56,531 nt of DNA, taken from sequence record SRR20825006_915; one strand, given 5' to 3'. A model generated the notes under the pieces. That model was given only the letters and a program-made list of their open reading frames with translations. It was not told where the DNA came from and ran no database searches. The position numbers were made by a program, and so were the translations under genes. The stretch's first letter is position 1. Each line of letters begins with the position of its first letter. Of the stretch, positions 17,791-26,542 are shown in pieces.

Positions 17791-19835
17791 TTTAAAAGTG
17801 TCATTTTTTGTTCTTTGGTATATGAATCTGTAATAATTCTGTACACGTAGGTTCCACTTGCTAAGTGTTTTGCATTGAACACCACATTATAACTTCCAAT
17901 AGCTTTAAATTCGTCGACCACAGTAGCAACTTTACGACCACTCACGTCATAAACATTCAGCTGAACATGTCTTGGCTTAGAAATTTGGAACTTAATATTA
18001 GTTTCTGGATTGAATGGATTTGGATAATTTTGGCTGAGGATAAAAGAGTCGATTGGTTTTGATCCTTCATTTATGGCCGTTGGATTATCTTTAGTGATGG
18101 TAAATCTATCCACCAATTCGCCATGACGATCAACTGCTTTAAAGCTGAGTTTTGTATCGTTGATATCAACTCTTGAATAATGATAAACGGCTTCGGAATA
18201 CGAGATATGGGGAACATCTCGTCCAAAAGGATCCAAACTTCCACCACCACCTCCAGAAATTACATAATGCACGCCATTCAGCTCCCCATGCTCATAAGCA
18301 TGGGTATGTCCGTTAAACACAATATCGACTCCATAGCTTTCGAAAAGTGGCATTAAATCTTCGCGCACGACATCATGACCATCCCATTCTGGCCAAAACT
18401 CACAATACGGAGGGTGATGAAAATAAGCGAAGGTCCACATTGCAGTTTGTTGCCGTTCACTTTTTAGTGCTTCCTCAATAAACATATACTGAGGAGAACC
18501 TTTTCTCATGTCCAAATTCGAGTCTATATTGATAAAAAATGAATTTGCCCAGCGATATGAATAATATCGTTCGGTGGAATCAGCATTATTAGTTGGGTAG
18601 TAGAAATCGTCGAGGTAAGGCGCTGCATTATCGGTATAGGTATCATGATTTCCGATGCTTAAGTAGAAATTCATTTTGCTAAGCAACTCTTTGTAAACGT
18701 CGAAATAGATAGGATCATAATCGGAGCCATCTCCTTGATGAACATCACCCACATGAATTAAGAAATCGGCTGCATCAGCATTATGACTTTTCACCATTTC
18801 GTCTCTTACTAGGCGTTGAGTATCCGAATTAACACCGCTGTCTCCAAGAATAAGAAAGCTCAGGTCGTTTAGAGAATCTGGTTTTGCCGTGTTAAAGGAA
18901 TAATCCTCGAGTACAGTATTATTTCCGTTTTTAACTCGGTAAAAATACTTAGTGTTTGGCTTCAGTCCATCAATCTTGATATGATGCTTTTGCTCTTCTT
19001 TAGGCTCAGAAACCAGGGCTGTATAGTCTCCTTTTTGCTCACCGTATTCTACTGTTCCAATAGCTGGAACAAGACTACGCCAAGCAATTTCAACACCTGT
19101 TACAGTGGGATTTTGAATATAAGGTTGGCGGTCTTGGTCGACCGAATAGGTGATGGTCCGATCAGGTTTTTCGAAGATTAACTTTTCTTCGGTTACGGTG
19201 ATGTCATCGAATTTTGCACCAGAATTTGCATAGCAAAGAACACCTACTTTCCCTGAGGAGTAGGTAGAATCGATTGCTTGGCCAATGAGTTCTCCATCAA
19301 GATACGCACGTATTGTATCTCCTCTAACATCAGCAGTAAGAGCAAAGTATCCATTTGGAAAAGCAGGAGTAATTTTATTCTGGAAAAGTGTAGTTGGTTC
19401 CCCATCTACAAATTTTTGAATGCGTTGAAATGTACTGTTTGCAGCGCCGGAGTTTCCTACATCATTCAGTAATAGAATACGGTAGTAGTTTTTTGAGTCT
19501 TTATATCTAAAAATAAGCCCAATACCATCATCATCGTTCGATGTTAAAACCGCATTAACGGAATAATCTGTCCATTCAGCATCTCCTGAAACAGCATGCG
19601 TTCCTAAGTGATATAAAAATTCAGTTTCGCCGGTATACGACCAAATATTCGATGTTTGTTTAAACTCACCGTTCTCAACTAACCAGTTACTTGGCCCAGC
19701 AACAGCTTCAACATCATCTACAATTGTCCATCTATCAAAATTTTCAGATTCAAAATCTTCTACAAAAAGAGGTGTTTGTTGTGCCTGCACTATAAAAGGT
19801 GCGAATAAGCATAGAATGCTAAATAATTTTTTCAT
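17787..19835 (-). CDS. T9SS-secreted metallophosphoesterase (ConA/lectin-like + PAP-like FN3 + calcineurin-like core + CTD)
   Basis: Signal peptide. WTDYSV...DDDGIGLIFRY...SGKVG beta-sandwich. Metal motifs GDSG, GDVH, GNHD, HHP, GHTH. CTD QNYPNPFNP...KMTLLK. Confidence 0.85.
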   Translation of the reverse strand: MKKLFSILCLFAPFIVQAQQTPLFVEDFESENFDRWTIVDDVEAVAGPSNWLVENGEFKQTSNIWSYTGETEFLYHLGTHAVSGDAEWTDYSVNAVLTSNDDDGIGLIFRYKDSKNYYRILLLNDVGNSGAANSTFQRIQKFVDGEPTTLFQNKITPAFPNGYFALTADVRGDTIRAYLDGELIGQAIDSTYSSGKVGVLCYANSGAKFDDITVTEEKLIFEKPDRTITYSVDQDRQPYIQNPTVTGVEIAWRSLVPAIGTVEYGEQKGDYTALVSEPKEEQKHHIKIDGLKPNTKYFYRVKNGNNTVLEDYSFNTAKPDSLNDLSFLILGDSGVNSDTQRLVRDEMVKSHNADAADFLIHVGDVHQGDGSDYDPIYFDVYKELLSKMNFYLSIGNHDTYTDNAAPYLDDFYYPTNNADSTERYYSYRWANSFFINIDSNLDMRKGSPQYMFIEEALKSERQQTAMWTFAYFHHPPYCEFWPEWDGHDVVREDLMPLFESYGVDIVFNGHTHAYEHGELNGVHYVISGGGGGSLDPFGRDVPHISYSEAVYHYSRVDINDTKLSFKAVDRHGELVDRFTITKDNPTAINEGSKPIDSFILSQNYPNPFNPETNIKFQISKPRHVQLNVYDVSGRKVATVVDEFKAIGSYNVVFNAKHLASGTYVYRIITDSYTKEQKMTLLK

Positions 19836-19836
19836 G

Positions 19837-21348
19837 TTACCAATTAGGGTCGACGACTGGGAAAGCAGGTCTATTTGAGTTTTGTTTTAATAATTGAACG
19901 TTGATACCGGGATTTGAATCCTCATTCTGAACCTGAATAGTATCTAAGACATTATGAAATATGGTGACTTCAGTTTTACTTCTTAACTCTTTAGCTTTTT
20001 GAGAGATGCTATAGCTGAGGAAGTCTTTGCGCACTCTTCTTTTCATTACATCATCAAGGGCTTTGTAATTGGCGGTTTCGCCATTATTAAGACCATATTT
20101 TTGACTTTCCTTACTGAAATACTTGGCTACGTTATCTTCGGTGAATGAAAGTGTATCAAAGAATTGGGTTCTATATTCTTGAAAAGTCCATTTATTCTTC
20201 CAACTGTCAATTTCTCGTTGAACGGAAACTTCTTTAGCAAGCTGCTGATTGTTTGATAAATCGAGCAAGTAAAAATCACGAACAACCAAAGCGATAATAT
20301 CTGCAAAACGTGTTGTGAAAGAATCGAAAGAATCAGTGCGTAGTTGATACCGTGCAGGATTGAACTCTTCCAGAAAACGCTCTACCGTCCAACTTTTCCC
20401 TTCAAAAGTGATGAGTGTTAGTGGCAATAGCTTCTGAATATCTTGTTGATACACTCGTTCACCTTCTTTCACTTTCTCTAGCAAATCAGAATATGGAGGG
20501 GTGTCTTTGTACCATCTATATAGCGAGCCGTTTAGCCTATTAAACACTTCTCTATCAGTGGCTACATTTTTCGATTCCATAATACTAGACACAAAGGCTG
20601 TGCCTTGTTGCATGGCTTTTTTGTTATAAAGCACCTTGCGATAAGTGGAGGATTTATTCTCATAATCATAGTCTGATAATCGTTCGCGCCGGATGTCGGT
20701 AACTTCAAATAAAAACCATTGGTCTTTATATTTTACGGGCTCAGAGATGGTATTGAATTCCAAGTCTTTAATAATATTAAGAAGCTCGGGGTCAATATCT
20801 TCAGCTTTCATGTATGGAGAATCCATATCGCGAGGCGAAAGTTCTCCTTGTTGCATCTCGTTGCTTAAGCTAGAAAGAGCTTCTTCAAAACCTTTTTCAA
20901 TGACAATATTTCTAATAGTTGAAGCTTGGTTCTCTGAGTAAGCGGGGATAAACCTAAATTGAAATGAAACGGCAGATTTGTTTATCTCATCTCTAATTTC
21001 TTCGTCAGTTACTTCTATTTTCTCGAGCACATTCTTGTTGAACACTTCTTCAATTAAGCGTTCTTCACTAATAGTCTGAATGGCGTGCTGTATTTTTGGT
21101 TGCTTATGGATCCCAATCTTGATTCCTTCTTGAGCTAGAATCAGCTCATCAATCATACGGTTTAAATATTCTTGTTTAGGGTTTTCTCCTGTATGATATT
21201 TTTTATAGCCAAATTCATAATTCAATTTAAATTCTCGGGCGGTAATTACTTCGCTTCCAACTTGGGCAACAATGGCTTCTTTTTCTTCTGATTTTGAAGA
21301 ACATGCGATTGCTAAAATGATAGCTGAAAAGAGTAAATATCTATACAT
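19837..21348 (-). CDS. SurA/PrsA-like (PpiC-type) foldase lipoprotein
   Basis: Start at ATG 21348 gives lipobox AIAC. IVAQVGSEVITAREF, YLNRMIDELILAQEG, VTDEEI and ISEPVK motifs. Confidence 0.7.
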   Translation of the reverse strand: MYRYLLFSAIILAIACSSKSEEKEAIVAQVGSEVITAREFKLNYEFGYKKYHTGENPKQEYLNRMIDELILAQEGIKIGIHKQPKIQHAIQTISEERLIEEVFNKNVLEKIEVTDEEIRDEINKSAVSFQFRFIPAYSENQASTIRNIVIEKGFEEALSSLSNEMQQGELSPRDMDSPYMKAEDIDPELLNIIKDLEFNTISEPVKYKDQWFLFEVTDIRRERLSDYDYENKSSTYRKVLYNKKAMQQGTAFVSSIMESKNVATDREVFNRLNGSLYRWYKDTPPYSDLLEKVKEGERVYQQDIQKLLPLTLITFEGKSWTVERFLEEFNPARYQLRTDSFDSFTTRFADIIALVVRDFYLLDLSNNQQLAKEVSVQREIDSWKNKWTFQEYRTQFFDTLSFTEDNVAKYFSKESQKYGLNNGETANYKALDDVMKRRVRKDFLSYSISQKAKELRSKTEVTIFHNVLDTIQVQNEDSNPGINVQLLKQNSNRPAFPVVDPNW

Positions 21349-21364
21349 ATAAACGGAGTTTTGG

Positions 21365-21405
21365 AAAAAATAAAAAGCCGACACCTTGCTGGGTGCCGGC
21401 TTTAT
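21365..21405 (-). terminator. Rho-independent terminator inside the operon
   Basis: The minus strand reads AAAGCCGGCACC-CAGCAA-GGTGTCGGCTTT-TTATTTTTT, directly after the 21419 stop. Confidence 0.8.
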
Positions 21406-21418
21406 AGTTAGGATGAAC

Positions 21419-24400
21419 TTATTTTATGAGTAACATTTTGCCAACTTGAACCTGACCAGCAGATTGTAGTCGATAAAAATACATTCCAGTAGCAAGGTTT
21501 GAAGCATCAAACTGCACTGTGTAAGCGCCTGCCGTCTGACGAGCATTAACTAATGAGTGTACTTTTTGGCCAAGAAGATTAAATACTTCTAGTTGTACAT
21601 TTCCTGTTCTTGCAACTTGGTAACTAATGTTAGTTGTTGGGTTGAAAGGATTAGGATAGTTTTGCTCTAGTTTAAAGCTATACGCCTGTGTAAGCTCTTC
21701 ATCGTTTGAAGTAACAATTCCACCATTCGTTCTAGTAATAGCAAACTTGTATTCGCCACGAGCTGGATCACGAAGACGATTTGAATCTTTGCTACGTGGT
21801 GCTACATGAGCATCTTCACCAATTACTAGGAAATAATAGGTTCCAGAAGTGGTTACAGGAAATTGAATTCTTGAATGCCAGCCATAGCCACCATCATCGT
21901 TACTAGCTAATTCGTTTCCTTCAGCATCGTAAAGATACATGTAAGCATCAAAGTCACGGCTCCAAAATTCGCCATTAAATGGTGCCGTTTCCCCGATTAG
22001 GGTATCACCAGCAACAGCTTCAACTTTGTAGTAATCTAAATCATCGTAGAATCCTTCAACTTCACTATTGTAAAGCATGTAGTCGAAAAACTCGCCATTT
22101 GTTGGGTGTAAATCTAAAGCAGAAGCTTCTTCGATAGTGTTATTTGGCTCATAATTAGCATTAATATCAGAGATATCATTGCTCTTCATATACACTTTAT
22201 AAGCTCTTTCTACAGAACCAGCAGGTGCAATAAGTTTTAGATAGAAATCGCCTGAAATTTCAGGTACGAAGTTGATCTTAATATTATCGCCATCGTAGCG
22301 ATTGTTAAATCCACTTCCATCAGCATAAAGATTAGTAGTAGTTGCATCGGCGGCGTAGAACTCAGCTCCTATTACAGTATCATCTCCTTCCTCTTTTGAA
22401 GTACGGATGTGATAAATACGTCCTGCTTCAAGAGATACTTTAAAGATATCGATATCTGTTTCGTCAGCAAAAGTAGCACTTACAAAGCCACCATCACCAA
22501 GAGTATTCGCTTCTGCAAACGTATTGTTTGATTCACTTTCTTCATAAGAAGCGGCTACGTTTAGTATGTAGTCGCCACGACGTTGAGAGCGATCATCACC
22601 ACTACCAATTCCACGGCTGTTTGCAACTTGTAGATAGTAAACGGCATCTTCAGTAGCCGTAAACTCAATTTTAGAATACCACTCGTTTCCACCATCATCG
22701 TTACTTGCTACTTCAGTTCCATCTGTATCGTAAAGATAGATTTTGGTATCATTATCTTTATTCCAAAAGTTAACATCAGCGCTAGAAGCGGTGGCACCAC
22801 CAACTGGTTTAGCTTCTGCTACTAAGTTCATTCCTGATTTAAGTTCTAAACGGAAGAAGTCAGTATCACCAAAGAAACGAGCGCTATCTGGTGCAAAGTG
22901 AGCGTACATTTTATCTGTACCATCCATCAAATATGCAGTTTGAGTAGAAGCCTCTGCAATAGAGTTATCTGGCTCGTGCTTATCTATTAAAGCAGCAAAC
23001 TGATTGTTTGATCTGGATAGAATTTTATACTCGCCAGGATTCCCTGAGATTTTTATGTAGTAAGTTTTGTCAGTTTGAGGCACAATGTTCGCAATTTTGA
23101 AGTTGCCATCATAGTTGTCAGCCCAGCCAGACTCATCTAATAAAGTAGTACCATCGATTGTATCAAAGAACTCTACTGTTAGCGCAGAACCTGTGTTATT
23201 ATCGATTGAACGGAATGAATACAAAGTTCCTGCTTTTAGATCTACTTTGAAGAAATCTACATCATCAGGTGTGAGCGAAGCTTCGTAAAGCTGGTCAAGA
23301 ACAATGTTAGTTGCTGTTGCAAACTCATTGTTTGATTCTTCTTCAACAAAAGGCTCTCCACCATTTACTGAGTAAAAACCTACTTCTCCACTATTTACGG
23401 CTTCAACACGAAGAATAAATTGTGCTACTTCAGATGGAGAATAGGTGATTGAACCAGTTACAGATGTTGCCAATTCGGTTAATGAACCATCTAATAAAGT
23501 AAGCTTGGTGTCAAAATCTTTTACTAGATCTTCGTTTGTAGATTTGATAGTAAAAGTAAATTCTTCGCCTGTAGTGAAATGATACTGGTCAACATCGTTA
23601 GCAGGGAAAATCATAGCCGTTTTTGAAGCTGCCCCAGGACCAACCTGAATTGCATCGTTTTCAAGTGCCTCAGCTAAACTATTATCTGGTTCGTTAGAGA
23701 TTCTTCCGCCATAAATTTCACCTTTATCAAGTACACCTAGTTGGTAAGCGCCGCTACCAGAAGAAGTGATTTTTACGATATAAGCACCAGTATTTTCTGG
23801 GATAAAAGAATTGATTTGAAAATCTTTTCCAGATCGTTTAACGGGGATACTATTTGCTGCAATAATATCATTAGAAAGGTCTGTACTTCCATCAAAAGAT
23901 GGATTTTCAGACTCGTAGAACAACTCAACATTAACATCAGCACTTACTTGACCTTTTGAGAACAAGCTATACATACGAGCTTCGTGTAAATACATTCTAA
24001 ACATATCAACATCTCCGCCAGTTAGGCTTGCATTGATAACAGTGTCATTACGAGCAGCAATCATTGTAGCTGTTTCAGTTGTGTTGTTTGGCTCGAATTC
24101 AACTGGGTTGTTGCTATACTGGTAAGCGTACACATTATACATCATACGACCTGGATCGCTATTATCAACACCACGCGTTCCGTCTCCGCCACCCGTACGT
24201 TCTAATTCTTGAGAAGCCCAAGCAGAAACCCAAAGGACAAGAGGACCATCAGTGTTTGCACCAGCCTCTTCTAATTGATCAGAGTTTAGTACGATTCGAC
24301 CATGAATGTTATTTGGACCGTCCATAGCTTCTCTACCGCTGTCATCATCTTCAGCAATTTTAGTTGAGAAGTCACCATTATAAACACGGATTCTAGTATC

Positions 24401-25489
24401 TGAAAGTCGAGAGCTACCAGCTGCAATACTTCCGTCATTTTCACGGTAAAAACCAAAGTATGGAACTGTTTCTACAACAAGAGTGTGATCTGCTTTGTAG
24501 TTGATGAAGAATAAATCAACATCTTCGTCACCTTCAGCCATTAGGTCGTATACAGAGTTAGACTGAGATGGAACCGCTGGAGTTACAGTACGAACGGTAT
24601 CTGAGTATAACATATAAGAACGAAGCACACCATCGGTTGGTAAGTAAAACTCAGGATCTGCTGCGTTAAGGAGTAAGTTATTATAAGGGTAATTTGGTTC
24701 AGCTTTTTCTTTGAAATTAGCAAAAGGAATAGAATAAGCCGTCATGTTGTAGGTACCAACATCGCCATTTTCGTTAAATACCCATAGGTAATACTTGCCT
24801 GTTAATTGCTTGCCTGTTGCAGCATCAACTGGAGCAGACCAACCTGTAAGTCTAAACAAACCAGCGCCGCCTCGTCCGTCAGAATCACGTCCTGTAATGT
24901 CGCCACGACTTTGCTCGTTACCAACAATACCTTTAAAATCCTGTACAACTGTAGTATCAAGATCTGACTCATGGTAAATACGAGCGCCAACTGCCATTTC
25001 TTCGCCGTCGGCAGTAATACCGTGCAAGCCTGCAAAGTAATACATCATGCTAGTGTCTACAGTAAATTCGTACACATCAACATCAACGTCATCAGAAAAC
25101 TCAGCACTGATTAGTTTACCTGTGTATTTGTCATTTAATACACCAGGAGTAGCAAGTACATCGTCGATGTTATCTGCTACATTAAAAAAGTTATTTGGTT
25201 CAGCTTCTGAACGAGCCACATAAGGTGACACTTCTGAATTAAAACCATTCATCTTTGCGAAAAATTGGCCTAATCCGCTGCCGATAGGTAATGTTTTTCT
25301 GTAAGCATGCTCTTCTTCGGCTAGCTTTAGTAATTCAGGATTGTCTCCGTACTTGTCTAATATTTCGTTGTAATTAGAACCGTACCTTTCAGTAAGTAGT
25401 AAGTTGCCGTCATTTCTTTGTTGGGCAAAAGTTGTTGCCGTAAAAAGAAATGCTAAACCTAGTACCAGAATTGTAACTTTAGTTTTCAT
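21419..25489 (-). CDS. Large T9SS-secreted protein with about 8 tandem PPC-like beta-sandwich repeats
   Basis: Signal peptide, eight E-[PS]-[ND]-[NY]...D-x-D-x-[FY] units, NDDGG motifs, and CTD QNYPNPFNP...KMLLIK. Confidence 0.75.
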   Translation of the reverse strand: MKTKVTILVLGLAFLFTATTFAQQRNDGNLLLTERYGSNYNEILDKYGDNPELLKLAEEEHAYRKTLPIGSGLGQFFAKMNGFNSEVSPYVARSEAEPNNFFNVADNIDDVLATPGVLNDKYTGKLISAEFSDDVDVDVYEFTVDTSMMYYFAGLHGITADGEEMAVGARIYHESDLDTTVVQDFKGIVGNEQSRGDITGRDSDGRGGAGLFRLTGWSAPVDAATGKQLTGKYYLWVFNENGDVGTYNMTAYSIPFANFKEKAEPNYPYNNLLLNAADPEFYLPTDGVLRSYMLYSDTVRTVTPAVPSQSNSVYDLMAEGDEDVDLFFINYKADHTLVVETVPYFGFYRENDGSIAAGSSRLSDTRIRVYNGDFSTKIAEDDDSGREAMDGPNNIHGRIVLNSDQLEEAGANTDGPLVLWVSAWASQELERTGGGDGTRGVDNSDPGRMMYNVYAYQYSNNPVEFEPNNTTETATMIAARNDTVINASLTGGDVDMFRMYLHEARMYSLFSKGQVSADVNVELFYESENPSFDGSTDLSNDIIAANSIPVKRSGKDFQINSFIPENTGAYIVKITSSGSGAYQLGVLDKGEIYGGRISNEPDNSLAEALENDAIQVGPGAASKTAMIFPANDVDQYHFTTGEEFTFTIKSTNEDLVKDFDTKLTLLDGSLTELATSVTGSITYSPSEVAQFILRVEAVNSGEVGFYSVNGGEPFVEEESNNEFATATNIVLDQLYEASLTPDDVDFFKVDLKAGTLYSFRSIDNNTGSALTVEFFDTIDGTTLLDESGWADNYDGNFKIANIVPQTDKTYYIKISGNPGEYKILSRSNNQFAALIDKHEPDNSIAEASTQTAYLMDGTDKMYAHFAPDSARFFGDTDFFRLELKSGMNLVAEAKPVGGATASSADVNFWNKDNDTKIYLYDTDGTEVASNDDGGNEWYSKIEFTATEDAVYYLQVANSRGIGSGDDRSQRRGDYILNVAASYEESESNNTFAEANTLGDGGFVSATFADETDIDIFKVSLEAGRIYHIRTSKEEGDDTVIGAEFYAADATTTNLYADGSGFNNRYDGDNIKINFVPEISGDFYLKLIAPAGSVERAYKVYMKSNDISDINANYEPNNTIEEASALDLHPTNGEFFDYMLYNSEVEGFYDDLDYYKVEAVAGDTLIGETAPFNGEFWSRDFDAYMYLYDAEGNELASNDDGGYGWHSRIQFPVTTSGTYYFLVIGEDAHVAPRSKDSNRLRDPARGEYKFAITRTNGGIVTSNDEELTQAYSFKLEQNYPNPFNPTTNISYQVARTGNVQLEVFNLLGQKVHSLVNARQTAGAYTVQFDASNLATGMYFYRLQSAGQVQVGKMLLIK

Positions 25490-25508
25490 TTGTTTTTTTA
25501 TTGATGTT

Positions 25509-26537
25509 TTAGAGGTAGATACTCATTGAAATTCGGTGGGCTTTGCCTAATACGCCCCAATCTGACCAGGAATAGTCGAAGGTGAAGCGCTCTTGGCTAC
25601 TTAGCATATACTGTAGCCCACCACCCAGTGTTAAGCCATTAATTTGATCTCTTTCAAATAGGTTTTGATAACCAGCTCGGAAAAACACTAGTTTTTTGAA
25701 ACCGAATTCTGTTCCCAAATTCATACTTTCTGTAGAACCCGTTGGGTGGATTAGATCCAATGCTGTAGTAAAGTCAAAATCCTTTAGTTGTTTTTGGTAG
25801 GCTAAACCGAATCTAAAAATCTGAGGAAGTGGATATTCTTCCGTGTCGTAAGTGATAGGAATATTTGTAACCCCTTGGTTGTTAATATCAGGGTCAATTA
25901 CATCGGTAAGATTTTTACCCGACATTTGAATATCATCACCAAAATTTGAGATACTTGTTCCTAGAGTTAAGCCATCAACAGGTGTGTGGTAGAGCACTCC
26001 AAAGTCGAATGCCACTCCTGTTGCACTTTCACTCCAAATACGTTGGTTTACATATTTCGCTGTTACACCAAAAGAGAATGACTCTATAAGTTGTGAGGAA
26101 AGAGAAATATTTACGGCAAAATCTCTCGCATCATAGCGTTCACCGGTTTTACTTCCATCATAATTTCTCACATCTTGCTCAGGTACGCCTAAGGTTGTAA
26201 AACTCCCCGCGAGTACCGATTTGATAGCCGGTAATGGAACAGAAGCTGAAGCAAAGTTGAATGACGTGCTAGCTAGCCATTCAGTATTACTGAATGATGC
26301 GCTAACACCATCTATAGAAGCTAGACCTGCGGGGTTCCAGTAAATCATGTCGCCATAACCACTTTGTGCCGTATAAGCTCCCCCCATCGCTTCTGCTCTC
26401 GCATTCACGCTTATTTCTAGGAAAGCAGCTGCTACCGTTCCTTTGTTAGATACATTTTTTACGAAGCCAACTTGAGCCTTTGCAGAAACACTGCAAAGGA
26501 TTAGTAATAAGACTATTTGAGATAATTTTTTATACAT
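25509..26537 (-). CDS. PorV/PorQ-family outer-membrane beta-barrel (UPF0164)
   Basis: FLEISVNARAEAMGGA, YWNPAGLA, LPQIFRFG and FRAGY motifs, ending in an amphipathic strand. Confidence 0.85.
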   Translation of the reverse strand: MYKKLSQIVLLLILCSVSAKAQVGFVKNVSNKGTVAAAFLEISVNARAEAMGGAYTAQSGYGDMIYWNPAGLASIDGVSASFSNTEWLASTSFNFASASVPLPAIKSVLAGSFTTLGVPEQDVRNYDGSKTGERYDARDFAVNISLSSQLIESFSFGVTAKYVNQRIWSESATGVAFDFGVLYHTPVDGLTLGTSISNFGDDIQMSGKNLTDVIDPDINNQGVTNIPITYDTEEYPLPQIFRFGLAYQKQLKDFDFTTALDLIHPTGSTESMNLGTEFGFKKLVFFRAGYQNLFERDQINGLTLGGGLQYMLSSQERFTFDYSWSDWGVLGKAHRISMSIYL

Positions 26538-26542
26538 TTTTT

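Noticed and set aside
19834-19841. Fourth ATGTTACC match
   Set aside because: It is formed by a stop/start junction inside the operon and lacks the downstream TTAA half-sites.
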